64,000 nucleotides of DNA, taken from positions 1-64,000 of IMG/VR virus record IMGVR_UViG_3300017987_000009; one strand, 5' to 3'. A program made the position numbers and the translations under genes. Shown piece after piece: positions 43,227 through 52,523 of the stretch (position 1 is the first letter of the stretch; the number at the start of each line of letters is the position of its first letter). Source of the stretch: a virus. The notes beneath the pieces were generated by a model. The model made no database searches and was not told the origin of the DNA. It was given only the letters and a program-made list of their open reading frames with translations.

Positions 43227-44337
43227 CCCCTCGTCGTGGGTGGAGGAGAACCTCGACGGCGCGCGCAGGCGCGGCGGCTCGTACGAGGCGACGTGCCCGT
43301 TCTGCGGGAAGGCCGGCCACCTGTACGTCAACGGCGAGGAGGGCTACTTCACCTGCTTCAAGTGCGGCGAGAGCGGGCGCGACCTGGTCAAGCTGATCGC
43401 GGAGGTCGAGGGGATCACCGCGAGGGAGGCGCGGCGACGGATGTTCCGCGACGCCGTCAAGTTCAAGCGGCGCCCCGAGTCGGCGGCCGAGGTGGGCGGG
43501 CGGCTGGCCGCGTTGCGCGGCCGCGAGCCCGAGGGGAGCGTCGACATCCCGCCGCCGGCGACGCTCAACCTCGTGTGGGACGGGGCGCGCTGGCGGATGC
43601 CGCGCTACCTGTCGGACCGCGGCGTGTCGCGCAGGCTGGCGCGCCGGCTCGGCCTCGGCTGGTGCGGAGCCGGCCTGTGCGCGGAGGCGCCGTCCGCGTG
43701 CGAGTTCCCGGAGGGGACGCGAGACTGCGTTGAGCAGGACCGCTGCCGGTACGCGCACCGGATCGTGCTGCCGTTCTCTTGCCCTAACGGGCGCAGCTTC
43801 ACGACCAGGTCGACGGCACCCGACGTCGAGCCTAAGTACCTCAACCCGCCCGGGCCGAAGGGGCGGCTGCTCTACGGCTGGCCGCTCGTCGAGCCCGGCG
43901 CGGACGTCGTGCTGGTCGAGGGGCCGTTCGACACGATCCGCCTCGCGTCGCACGGGCTGGCGTCGCTCGCGGTGATGGGCCTGTCGCTGAGCGGCGCGCA
44001 GCGGTCCTTGTTGGCACAGCTGCGTCCGTCGTCAGTGACGCTGATGCTTGACGCGGGTGTCGAGACAGAGGCGCAGGGGATGGCGGCCGCGCTCGTCGGT
44101 GTCGCCGGCGAGGTGCTCGTCGCGCGGCTGCCGGACGGCGTCGACCCCGGCGAAAGCACGCGGGAACAGGCGTGGTCCGCGTTCCGCGGCGCCGAGCGGT
44201 ACAGGGCGTCGCTGGCGGGGCGCGCCGCCTCGATCGGCAGGAAGCTTCGGGCTGTCGCTTCGGAGTTTACTCGCCGACGCGGCGGTGGTAGATTAGACGA
44301 TCCGGGCTACGGTCCGGGGACAAGGAGGCAGGCGTGA
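43216..44337 (+). CDS. dnaG: DnaG-like DNA primase
   Basis: CPFC..H..CFKC zinc finger, KYLNP, LVEGPFD TOPRIM, LPDGVDPG. Confidence 0.88.
   Translation: MPIDPSSWVEENLDGARRRGGSYEATCPFCGKAGHLYVNGEEGYFTCFKCGESGRDLVKLIAEVEGITAREARRRMFRDAVKFKRRPESAAEVGGRLAALRGREPEGSVDIPPPATLNLVWDGARWRMPRYLSDRGVSRRLARRLGLGWCGAGLCAEAPSACEFPEGTRDCVEQDRCRYAHRIVLPFSCPNGRSFTTRSTAPDVEPKYLNPPGPKGRLLYGWPLVEPGADVVLVEGPFDTIRLASHGLASLAVMGLSLSGAQRSLLAQLRPSSVTLMLDAGVETEAQGMAAALVGVAGEVLVARLPDGVDPGESTREQAWSAFRGAERYRASLAGRAASIGRKLRAVASEFTRRRGGGRLDDPGYGPGTRRQA
44266..44294 (+). promoter_or_regulatory. Sigma70-like promoter in the primase 3' end
   Basis: TTTACT-N17-TAGATT with extended TG; shares TTTACTC and GCGGCGGT with the 37124 promoter. 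Confidence 0.5.
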
Positions 44338-45068
44338 AGGTTCCGAGCTGCGCCGGGACGTACGAGCCCGGCAACGTGGACTGCGACGGCGGCGGGCGCA
44401 AGAGGGAGAAGCCGTGCGCCTGGCGCGACGGCTGCCGGGACTTCAAGGACTGGTGCGCGGACCAGGACGTCGACCGCGAGGAGGCGGTCGCGGGGTGCGA
44501 GTCGATCGAGGCGCTCGAGGCGCGGATGCGCGGCGTCGACCTCGACGAGGAGACGGGGCAGGCGAAGGGCACGCTCGCTCAGGTGTTCGCGCGCGAGGAG
44601 GCGCGCGCCGTCGAGATCCCCGTCGAGTGCTGGCAGCTGCACCTGCACTGGGAGAACCTACTCCGCGACCGGTTCGGAGACGCTCGCGTGTACTCGCACC
44701 TCCACCGGCAGGGGATCCCCAAGGTCGTCGTGACGCCGGGCTCGTTCTACCCGGTCGACCGCGCCGCCCGCTCGCGGTACGTGGTCTGGTATTGCAAGGC
44801 CGAGCGCGGGCTCGACGTCGGGCTGGCGGTCGTGCACCTGGTCGCCACGTTCCGCGACGTCGCGATCCAGCTGCCGTTCGACGAGGAGCTGCTGCGCAAG
44901 AGGCTCAGCGCCGCGACGCTGTCGAAGCTCCGGCCGGAGGGGAAGCCGGACGGGCAGTTCAAGACGATCTGCCGGAGGCTCGGCCACGAGGGCGTCGGGC
45001 TGGCGGTCGGCGTCGTCCAGAAGCTAGTCGAGCGCGGCGACTACGAGCTGCCGAAGTACGAGGGGTAG
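44334..45068 (+). CDS. Hypothetical protein with N-terminal Cys cluster
   Basis: SD AAGGAGG; PSCAGTY..C..PC..C. Confidence 0.7.
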   Translation: MKVPSCAGTYEPGNVDCDGGGRKREKPCAWRDGCRDFKDWCADQDVDREEAVAGCESIEALEARMRGVDLDEETGQAKGTLAQVFAREEARAVEIPVECWQLHLHWENLLRDRFGDARVYSHLHRQGIPKVVVTPGSFYPVDRAARSRYVVWYCKAERGLDVGLAVVHLVATFRDVAIQLPFDEELLRKRLSAATLSKLRPEGKPDGQFKTICRRLGHEGVGLAVGVVQKLVERGDYELPKYEG

Positions 45069-45070
45069 GA

Positions 45071-45775
45071 ATGAAGCCAGTGGATCAAGACAGGTTCGGC
45101 GACGGCCACGGCAACTGTTTCGCGGCGTGCGTCGCGTCGGTGCTCGAGTTGCCGATCGATGAGGTGCCGAACTTCTGCGAGGGGTGGAACGAGGAGTGGT
45201 TCGACGAGTTCCTCGGCTGGCTAGCCGAGCGCGGCCTGTCGGCGGTCGAGCTGTGGGTGACGTCGGAGTGGAGGCCGAACCCGGGGCAGGTCTGCATCCT
45301 GTCTGGCAAGTCGCCGCGCGGCGACTTCGACCACGCCGTCGTCGGCGAGTGGACCGGCGAGGAGTTCCGCGTCACGCACGACCCGCACCCGTCGCGCGAC
45401 GGTCTCAAGGGGGCGTTCCTGCAGGCCGCGTACTTCATACCGCTGGACCCCCGGCCGTTCTTCGCGAGCAGCTGGAGGCCCACTGGCTGCGGCCGATCGC
45501 AGGTTGCCGTTGTTTCTTGTGCGCGAGATACGAGGCGAGCGATGAAGCAAGGTGACTGGACAACGATCTACCCGACCAGCAGGCAGGACCCGAAGAACCA
45601 CCTCGCCACGATCGTCACCATGCTGGAACAAAGCACGGTCGTCTACAGCGTGACGACGCGGTGCGGGAGACAGTTCTACTACCCTGGCAAGCTGAAGAAG
45701 GACGGCCGGGGACGGCGTCTGTTCGCCGACTGCAAGGTCTGCCGCATGGCCGCTGAGAGCGACGGGAGGCGCTAG
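45071..45775 (+). CDS. Papain/C39-like cysteine peptidase-fold protein with C-terminal Cys-containing extension
   Basis: Q..GNCFAACVAS..HAVV..HDPHP; ATG 45071; possible internal start at 45542. Confidence 0.55.
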   Translation: MKPVDQDRFGDGHGNCFAACVASVLELPIDEVPNFCEGWNEEWFDEFLGWLAERGLSAVELWVTSEWRPNPGQVCILSGKSPRGDFDHAVVGEWTGEEFRVTHDPHPSRDGLKGAFLQAAYFIPLDPRPFFASSWRPTGCGRSQVAVVSCARDTRRAMKQGDWTTIYPTSRQDPKNHLATIVTMLEQSTVVYSVTTRCGRQFYYPGKLKKDGRGRRLFADCKVCRMAAESDGRR

Positions 45776-46545
45776 TGATGTTCTCTCGTAAAACGTCCGG
45801 GGTGTATCGAATCCTTTGCACGATAACCGGTAAAGAGTACGTCGGCAGTTCCGAAAGCGTCGGTAGGCGGTGGAGCCAGCATCGGACAGACTTGCGCGGC
45901 GGATACCACGCGAATCCGCACTTACAACGAGCATGGGACAAGTATGGGGAGCGAGGTTTTAGGTTGGAGGTTTTGGAGAAGTGCGCGCCAGCGGATCTTC
46001 AGAACCGCGAGCAGGCGTGGATTGACGAGCGTAGTCCGGAGTTGAACATCTCGCCCAACGCCGGACCGCCGTTACGCGGGCGGAAGATGTCGAAGGCGCA
46101 GCGCGAGAAGCTGCGGCCGTACTGGGACTCGCAGAAAGGGAAGCCGGTAAATCCGCCAGGCGAGCCGTTGTCTCCGCAGCACCGGGCGAGCATAAGCGAA
46201 TCGATGAAGGGTAACACCTATCGGCGCGGGAAGGAGTCGAGCGCAGAGGCGAAAGTTAAGTTGAGTGCGTCGCTGAAGAAACATAATCAGGAAGTTCCTC
46301 GGAGCGAGGAGTGGAGAGGCCGTCTTAGTCGATCGCTGAATGGACACATTGTGTCGGAAGAAACGAAGCGTAAGTTGTCGCTGACGCAGAAAGCGCACCA
46401 GGCGAAGCACGGCAACCCGATGGAAGGCAAGGCGCGACCTGATCTTGCAGAGCGTAATCGTCAACGAGTGTGGGATAAGGAGGCTAGAGAGGCGGCGAGG
46501 AGGCGAACTGCGGCAAGAGAACGAATCGACGGGAGGTTAGCGTGA
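45775..46545 (+). CDS. Free-standing GIY-YIG homing endonuclease with NUMOD3-like repeats
   Basis: SGVYRI..YVGSS..RWSQH..HANPHLQRAWDKYG..REQAWI; S.E.K.KLS repeats; lower GC. Confidence 0.9.
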   Translation: MMFSRKTSGVYRILCTITGKEYVGSSESVGRRWSQHRTDLRGGYHANPHLQRAWDKYGERGFRLEVLEKCAPADLQNREQAWIDERSPELNISPNAGPPLRGRKMSKAQREKLRPYWDSQKGKPVNPPGEPLSPQHRASISESMKGNTYRRGKESSAEAKVKLSASLKKHNQEVPRSEEWRGRLSRSLNGHIVSEETKRKLSLTQKAHQAKHGNPMEGKARPDLAERNRQRVWDKEAREAARRRTAARERIDGRLA

Positions 46546-49500
46546 CCACGAAGCGATCGCCCGAAGGTTTTGTGCACCTCCATACGCATTCGGATTACAG
46601 CACTTTGGACGGCTGCGCGAAGGTGGACGACTACGTCAAGGCGGCGGCGGAGCGCGGCAACCCGGCGGTGGCGCTGACCGACCACGGCACGATGCGCGGC
46701 GCGTTCGCCCTGACCGAGTCGTGCAAGAAGCGCGGCGTCAAGCCGGTCTACGGGGTCGAGCTCTACGTCTGCGACGACATGGCGCGTAGGGGCCTTACTG
46801 ACGCGGAGAAGAACGCGGTCGCCGGCGGCGAGCAGAACAAGGCGCGGCGTCGCGAGCTGATCAAGGCGGAGGAGGAGCGGGCCGGCGTGCGTCGCACCGC
46901 GCACCTGACCGCGTGGGCGCTGACCAACGAGGGGCTGCGCAACCTGTACCGGCTGACGAGCAAGGCGTGGGACGGCGGCTACTACTACCGGCCGCGCGTC
47001 GACGTCGACGCGATCTGCGCGCACGCCGACGGCGTCGCGGTCGGCACGGGCTGCGTCGGCTCGGCGATCTACGGGGCCGTGTTCGAGAAGAGGCCGCGCA
47101 AGGCCGACGCGATCTTCGGCAAGCTTGACGACGCTTTCGGCGACAGGCTGTACCTCGAGGTGATGCCGCACAGCCTCCGCGACTACCGCCAGCACAAGGC
47201 GAACCGGCACGCGCTGTTCCTCCGGCAGTTCGCGAAGCACCGGCTGCTCGCCACCCAGGACGCGCACTACATTGCGCAGAAGGACGCGCGCCACCACGAC
47301 GTCCTGCTGGCGATCGGCACGCACGACGTGCTCGGCGACCCGGAGCGGTTCCGGTTCGACGGCTCGCAGTTCTGGTTCAAGACGCGCGAGGAGATGGCGC
47401 AGTCGTTCGCGCGCGACCACCCGTACATCGAGCCCTCGGAGCTGGAGGAGGCGCTCGAGTCGACGGTCGAGCTGGCCGGGCGGTGCGACGCGCTGATCGG
47501 GATCAACCCGCTGAAGTGCCTGCTCCCGCCGGTCGAGCTGCCCGACGGGTTCGCCGACGAGTACAAGTACCTCGAGCACCTGGTCGTGCTCGGGAAGTCG
47601 GAGCGCGGCATGTCGGAGCGGGTGAAGCGGCTGGCTGAGAGGGAGGGCGTGTCGTACCGGCACGCGCACCGCCGGTACGTGGAGCGCGCCGGCCACGAGC
47701 TGAACGTCCTGCGCAAGTCCGGCTTCGTCGCGTACTTCCTGATCCTGCGCGACCTCTACCAGTGGGTGCGCAAGGAGGGGATCGCGCGCGGGCCGGGGCG
47801 CGGTAGCGCGGCCGGCTCGCTCGTCGCCTTCCTGCTCGGCATAACCGACGTCGACCCGATCGAGCACCGCCTGCTGTTCGAGCGGTTCATCGCGCCGGGC
47901 CGGATCAACATGCCCGACATCGACTGCGACTTCGCGGACGACCGGCGCGCCGAGATCGTCGAGTACCTCCGCGAGAAGTACGGCGAGGACAAGGTCGCCG
48001 GCATCTCGACGATGGGCGAGATGAAGGGGAGGCAGGCGCTGAGAGACGTGGCGCGCGTGTACGAGATCCCGTTCCAGCGGGCGGCGGTCGCGGCCGGCGC
48101 GATACCCGATGAGCCCGGTGGCGATAGCGCGATCGAGGAGGCGGTGCAGCGGTCCGAGCACTTCCGCAAGTTCCGCGAGGAGTACCCGACCGTGGTGCGC
48201 CACGCGGCCGCGCTAGAGGGGATAACCAAGACGATCGCGCAGCACGCCGCCGGCGTCGTCACCTCGCCGGTCCCGCTCGTCGACGTGGTGCCGGTGGAGG
48301 TGCGCCGCCCGCCCGGCGGCGAGGTCCGCGTCACGGCGTTCGACATGAGGGGCGTCGAGGGGATCGGCCTGCTGAAGATCGACGTGCTCGGGCTCAAGAC
48401 GGTCACGCTCCTCGAGGACGCGCGGCGGATGGTCGAGTCGCGGACCGGCCGCGAGTGGGACCTGCTCGACCTGCCGCTCGACGACCGCGAGACCCTCGAC
48501 GCCTTCACCGCGCGGGACTTCGTCGGCGTGTTCCAGTTCGACACGCCCTCGTCCCACTCCGTCTGCGACGGAATGAAGTTCGAGGTGTTCGACGACATCG
48601 CGGCGGTGAACGCCATCAACCGGCCGGGGGCGCTCGCCTTCGCGGACGAGTTCAAGAAGCGGCGGAAGGACGCGGCCCTGGCCAGGCGCGACGTGTTCCA
48701 CCCGAAGGTCAGCGAGATCACGAGGGACAGCCTCGGCCTGATGATCTACCAGGAGCACGTCATCCGGGTCCTGACCGACGTGGCCGGGTACTCGCCGGCC
48801 GACGCGGACAAGCTGCGCAAGAAGATCGGCAAGAGCGAGGGCGAGGCCGCGCTCGAGGTCGAGCGCGGGGTGTTCACGCAGGGGTGCCGCGAGACGACGA
48901 AGGACATGGACCGCGACACGGCGGAGCGGCTGTTCGACGCGATCGTCAAGTTCGGGCGGTACGGCTTCAACCGCGCGCACGCCGTCTGCTACTCGATGCT
49001 CGCGTACTGGACGATGTACCTGAAGCGGCACCACCCAATCGAGTTCTACTGCGCGCTGATGCGGAGGGAGAGCGACGCGCAGAAGATCCAGCGGTACGCG
49101 AAGGACGCGAAGGGGCACGGCGTTGACACGCTCCTGCCGGACGTCAACGTGTCCGGCGCGGGGTTCTCGGTCGACTACGGGGCGAGCGCCGTGCGCGGGT
49201 CGCTGATAGAGATCAAGGGCCTGGGCGAGGCGGCGGTCGGCGCGATCGTGGAGGAGCGCGAGAGGGGCGGGCCGTTCAAGGACGCGGTCGACTTCGTCGC
49301 GCGGTGCCGCAGCAAGAAGGTCACCAAGCGGACCGTCGACGCGCTCGCCAGGTCGGGCGCGCTCGACTCGCTCGTGCCGAACCCGCGGTGGTTCGCGCAG
49401 CGGCTCGGCGAGCAGTGGAAGCACTTCGAGCGCGGCCGGTCCGAGCAGGTCCGCATGGCGATGGAGCGGTCGGCGAGCGCGCACCAGTGGACGGAGAAGC

Positions 49501-50363
49501 AGCGGCTGATCGAGGCGGCGGAGGTGAACCCGCTCGCGACGCCGCCGCACCCGCTAATAGACTGGGAGCCGTGGCTGCGGAGGAACGTGAAGGTTCCGCT
49601 CTCCGAGCTGAGCGCGGAGCTGCTCGCCGAGCAGCGTTCCGTGTTCGTCGCCGGCGCGGTGACGGAGCTGGAGGAGCGCGAGGTCGGCGACACCAAGTCC
49701 CTCGACGAGTTCCCCGACGAGGAGGTCCGCGAGGCGATCGGGTGGGGCAAGCCGTGGCTGCGGCTGACGCTGGCCGGCCTGAACTTCTCGTGCTGGGTGA
49801 AGCTCGACTGGCAGCTCGTCGACGAGTTCCGCGACGCGGTCGACCGGCCGGGGCGCGAGGCGCCGGTCGTGCTCGTGAGCGCGCGCACGCGGCCGGACTG
49901 GCAGAACCTCGACGCGCACTTCGTCGCCGGCCTCGACCGGCTGGCGGACGGCGACGGCGTGGCCGCGCTCGACGGACTGACGCTGTGGGAGCGGATGTTC
50001 GTCAGCCACCCCGCCGAGACGTACCCGTTCGACAGCAAGGCGGACCGGCGCCTCGCGCAGAAGAACTTGGTCGGGGCGGCGAGGCGGGCGACCGGCTGGT
50101 TCTCGGTCATCGGCGTGGTGTCCCGCCTGTTCGAGCGGCGGGACAAGCGGCGGCGGCTGATGGCTTGGCTGGGGATCTCCGGGCCGCGCGACTACATCGA
50201 CGTGGTCTGCTTCGGCTCGGCCTGGCCGGAGTACCGCGCGCACATCAAGCGCGGCGCGCTCGTCAAGCTGCGGCTGAAGAAGCTGGACGACGGGACGGTC
50301 GTCCTCGAGGACAGGCCGGGATCGGTGAGGCTTTACGAGAAGGAGGCGACATGCCGGGAGTGA
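46542..50363 (+). CDS. dnaE: DNA polymerase III alpha subunit
   Basis: FVHLHTHSDYSTLDG, ALTDHG, QDAHY, GRGSAAGS, MPDIDCDF, HAAGVV, KIDVLGL, YGFNRAHA. Confidence 0.97.
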   Translation: MTTKRSPEGFVHLHTHSDYSTLDGCAKVDDYVKAAAERGNPAVALTDHGTMRGAFALTESCKKRGVKPVYGVELYVCDDMARRGLTDAEKNAVAGGEQNKARRRELIKAEEERAGVRRTAHLTAWALTNEGLRNLYRLTSKAWDGGYYYRPRVDVDAICAHADGVAVGTGCVGSAIYGAVFEKRPRKADAIFGKLDDAFGDRLYLEVMPHSLRDYRQHKANRHALFLRQFAKHRLLATQDAHYIAQKDARHHDVLLAIGTHDVLGDPERFRFDGSQFWFKTREEMAQSFARDHPYIEPSELEEALESTVELAGRCDALIGINPLKCLLPPVELPDGFADEYKYLEHLVVLGKSERGMSERVKRLAEREGVSYRHAHRRYVERAGHELNVLRKSGFVAYFLILRDLYQWVRKEGIARGPGRGSAAGSLVAFLLGITDVDPIEHRLLFERFIAPGRINMPDIDCDFADDRRAEIVEYLREKYGEDKVAGISTMGEMKGRQALRDVARVYEIPFQRAAVAAGAIPDEPGGDSAIEEAVQRSEHFRKFREEYPTVVRHAAALEGITKTIAQHAAGVVTSPVPLVDVVPVEVRRPPGGEVRVTAFDMRGVEGIGLLKIDVLGLKTVTLLEDARRMVESRTGREWDLLDLPLDDRETLDAFTARDFVGVFQFDTPSSHSVCDGMKFEVFDDIAAVNAINRPGALAFADEFKKRRKDAALARRDVFHPKVSEITRDSLGLMIYQEHVIRVLTDVAGYSPADADKLRKKIGKSEGEAALEVERGVFTQGCRETTKDMDRDTAERLFDAIVKFGRYGFNRAHAVCYSMLAYWTMYLKRHHPIEFYCALMRRESDAQKIQRYAKDAKGHGVDTLLPDVNVSGAGFSVDYGASAVRGSLIEIKGLGEAAVGAIVEERERGGPFKDAVDFVARCRSKKVTKRTVDALARSGALDSLVPNPRWFAQRLGEQWKHFERGRSEQVRMAMERSASAHQWTEKQRLIEAAEVNPLATPPHPLIDWEPWLRRNVKVPLSELSAELLAEQRSVFVAGAVTELEEREVGDTKSLDEFPDEEVREAIGWGKPWLRLTLAGLNFSCWVKLDWQLVDEFRDAVDRPGREAPVVLVSARTRPDWQNLDAHFVAGLDRLADGDGVAALDGLTLWERMFVSHPAETYPFDSKADRRLAQKNLVGAARRATGWFSVIGVVSRLFERRDKRRRLMAWLGISGPRDYIDVVCFGSAWPEYRAHIKRGALVKLRLKKLDDGTVVLEDRPGSVRLYEKEATCRE

Positions 50364-50668
50364 GACAGATGTGCCAGGACGTGCGGGCCCGGTGCCCGTA
50401 CTGCGCGAGGTCGCTGGACCTGAGCGACTTCGGCGTCGAGCTGTTCCGCCGAATGCTCCGGGCCCTGGGCCGCGGCGAGCGTGTAGAGGTCGAGGGGTTC
50501 GGCGCGTTCCGCGCGCCGGTCGTGAAGGGCCGCAAGGTGCGGGGGTTGAAGGGCAACGTCCGGCTGACCGCGGACAAGCGGATCATCCGGTTTAGGGCGT
50601 CGGCGCGGGCGAAGGCGCTCGTCAACCAGGCGCAGGCAGAGGACAAGGACAAGGAGGCGACGAAATGA
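50351..50668 (+). CDS. HU/IHF-like DNA-binding protein with N-terminal CxxC
   Basis: GERVEVEGFGAF..R..IRFRAS..K motif; SD AGGAGG + ATG 50351. Confidence 0.75.
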   Translation: MPGVRQMCQDVRARCPYCARSLDLSDFGVELFRRMLRALGRGERVEVEGFGAFRAPVVKGRKVRGLKGNVRLTADKRIIRFRASARAKALVNQAQAEDKDKEATK

Positions 50669-51174
50669 AGACTGGCAAGAAGGGGATGCCGTCGGTCGAG
50701 AAGCTGACCATCGGCGAGGAGACGTTCGAGATTGATGTGGTGGCGGAGTGTAGGATCACCGATCTCGACAAGGACATGGCGGAGGTCGCGGCGCGGATCG
50801 CCTACTGGGGCGCGGTGCTCGGCGCCGCTATCGAGGAGCGCGATCTGTGCGAGGCGCGCTACCGGGCGTGGCGCGCGAAGATCAACACGGCCGCGCTAGA
50901 GGAGGACCCGAAGATCGCGGAGTGGAAAGTCAAGGCCACCATCGAGGCGGACAAGACTTTCATGCAGTACAAGGAGGCGTCGGCGCGCGCCGAGCACAAC
51001 GTCGCCACTCTGAACTACCTGATCCGGGCGCTGATGGAGAAGTCGCCAAACCTTCGGAGCAAGGGGGCGCGCGAGCGCGCCGAGCTCGACGCTACCGACA
51101 TGAGCACCCCGTCCGATAGGACGGCTGCCGGCCACAAGCGACAGCTGCGGTCGCAGAAAGATGGGGGCCGCTAG
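50665..51174 (+). CDS. UvsY-like recombination mediator
   Basis: Helical 169 aa with YWG..IEAD..ALMEK..LRS; adjacent to SSB and RecA. Confidence 0.6.
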   Translation: MKTGKKGMPSVEKLTIGEETFEIDVVAECRITDLDKDMAEVAARIAYWGAVLGAAIEERDLCEARYRAWRAKINTAALEEDPKIAEWKVKATIEADKTFMQYKEASARAEHNVATLNYLIRALMEKSPNLRSKGARERAELDATDMSTPSDRTAAGHKRQLRSQKDGGR

Positions 51175-51216
51175 GCCCCGCAACCAAGCAACCAAGTCCC
51201 GATAGGAGGGAACGAC

Positions 51217-52521
51217 ATGCCAATGGACACCAAGAGAATGAACCAGAAGCGGGAGCAGGTTCGGCGCACGTCCGGACGCGGCGCCGGCGGCGACCTGTGG
51301 ACCATCAAGGAGGGCGAGTGGCTCGTGTTCGTACACGGGCAGACGTACCCCGACGACGACAACGAGCTGACGCGCGGGTACAACTTCATCGAGGTGGTGC
51401 AGCACTACGGCGTCGGCGGCAAGCGCGGCGGGCGCATGTGCCTGGACCCGACGGTGAACCCGGCGATCTTGCACCCGATTGTGCAGGAGTTCCTCGCCAA
51501 GCGGAAGAACTCCTTCAAGGTCACGGAGGACACGCGCTGCCCCGTCGACGACGGCATCAGCGCCGGCGAGATCTCCGGGGCCGACGCAGAGCGGCAGACC
51601 GGTCAGACCAAGTGGCTGTTCGGCGTGACGCCGATGTTCTTCCGCGCCGACAGCAACGACGACTGGGCGAAAGTGAAGTTCGAGCCTCGCGTCCTGATCG
51701 CCGGCATCCAGATCTTCAACCAGCTGACGGGGAAGATCATCGACATGGCGCCGGCCGACCCGACCGACCCTAACGCGGCGACGCTGTTCAAGGTCGTGCG
51801 GACGGGCAGCGGCTTCGGCGACACCGAGTACGAGATCGACGTGCACACGCCGACGGTGCGCGAGCCGCTCCGCTTGGACAAGGCGCAGCGCAAGGCGGTC
51901 GAGGAGGCCACGAAGCCGGGCGGGTCGTGCGACCTGTTCCGCGTCCTGGCCAACCTGATGTCGTCGCCCACCGCGCTCAAGGCGCAGATGGCGGGCGTGG
52001 CCGTCGACGAGAGCGACGCGTCCGAGGACGCCGACGACGGCAAGCGCGACTGCTTCGGGCAGGACTGGGCGGACGACGACGAGTGCCGCGCCTGCCCGGA
52101 CAGCGACGAGTGCAGGGAGGCGTGCGGCGGTGCCGGCAAGGGCGCCGGCGGCGCCGAGCCTGCCAACGACCGGGAGCCGGCCGACGACGAGTCGGCGGAC
52201 GACGACGCGGGCGGGGACGACGGCGACCGCGAGCGCCCGCCCTGTTACGGCGACTACGAGGCCGACGATACCGGCTGCCGGAGGTGCGAGATCGCCGGCG
52301 ACTGCGAGGTCGCGACCCAGAACGCGGACGCGGAGCAGGCCGACATGGCCGGGGCCGCGGACGGCGACGAGCCCGAGCCCGAGCCGACCGGCGGAGAAGG
52401 CGAGGATCCGGCGCTGGCCCGCATGGAGGAGGAGGCCGCGCGCCTCGCCTCCGAGAAGCGTGGCGGCAGAGGCAAGGCGGGAACTCGCGGTAAGACTGGC
52501 AAGTCCGGCAAGGGGAAGTAA
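51217..52521 (+). CDS. Single-stranded DNA-binding protein (gp32-like) with acidic, Cys-repeat C-terminus
   Basis: QHY..C..CP..DPTDP..VRTGSGFGDTEY; long acidic tail; between UvsY-like and RecA. Confidence 0.68.
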   Translation: MPMDTKRMNQKREQVRRTSGRGAGGDLWTIKEGEWLVFVHGQTYPDDDNELTRGYNFIEVVQHYGVGGKRGGRMCLDPTVNPAILHPIVQEFLAKRKNSFKVTEDTRCPVDDGISAGEISGADAERQTGQTKWLFGVTPMFFRADSNDDWAKVKFEPRVLIAGIQIFNQLTGKIIDMAPADPTDPNAATLFKVVRTGSGFGDTEYEIDVHTPTVREPLRLDKAQRKAVEEATKPGGSCDLFRVLANLMSSPTALKAQMAGVAVDESDASEDADDGKRDCFGQDWADDDECRACPDSDECREACGGAGKGAGGAEPANDREPADDESADDDAGGDDGDRERPPCYGDYEADDTGCRRCEIAGDCEVATQNADAEQADMAGAADGDEPEPEPTGGEGEDPALARMEEEAARLASEKRGGRGKAGTRGKTGKSGKGK

Positions 52522-52523
52522 CC

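Noticed and set aside
45775-46545. Group I intron around the GIY-YIG gene
   Set aside because: The ORF abuts both neighbours with stop/start overlaps; no interrupted gene or room for an intron core.
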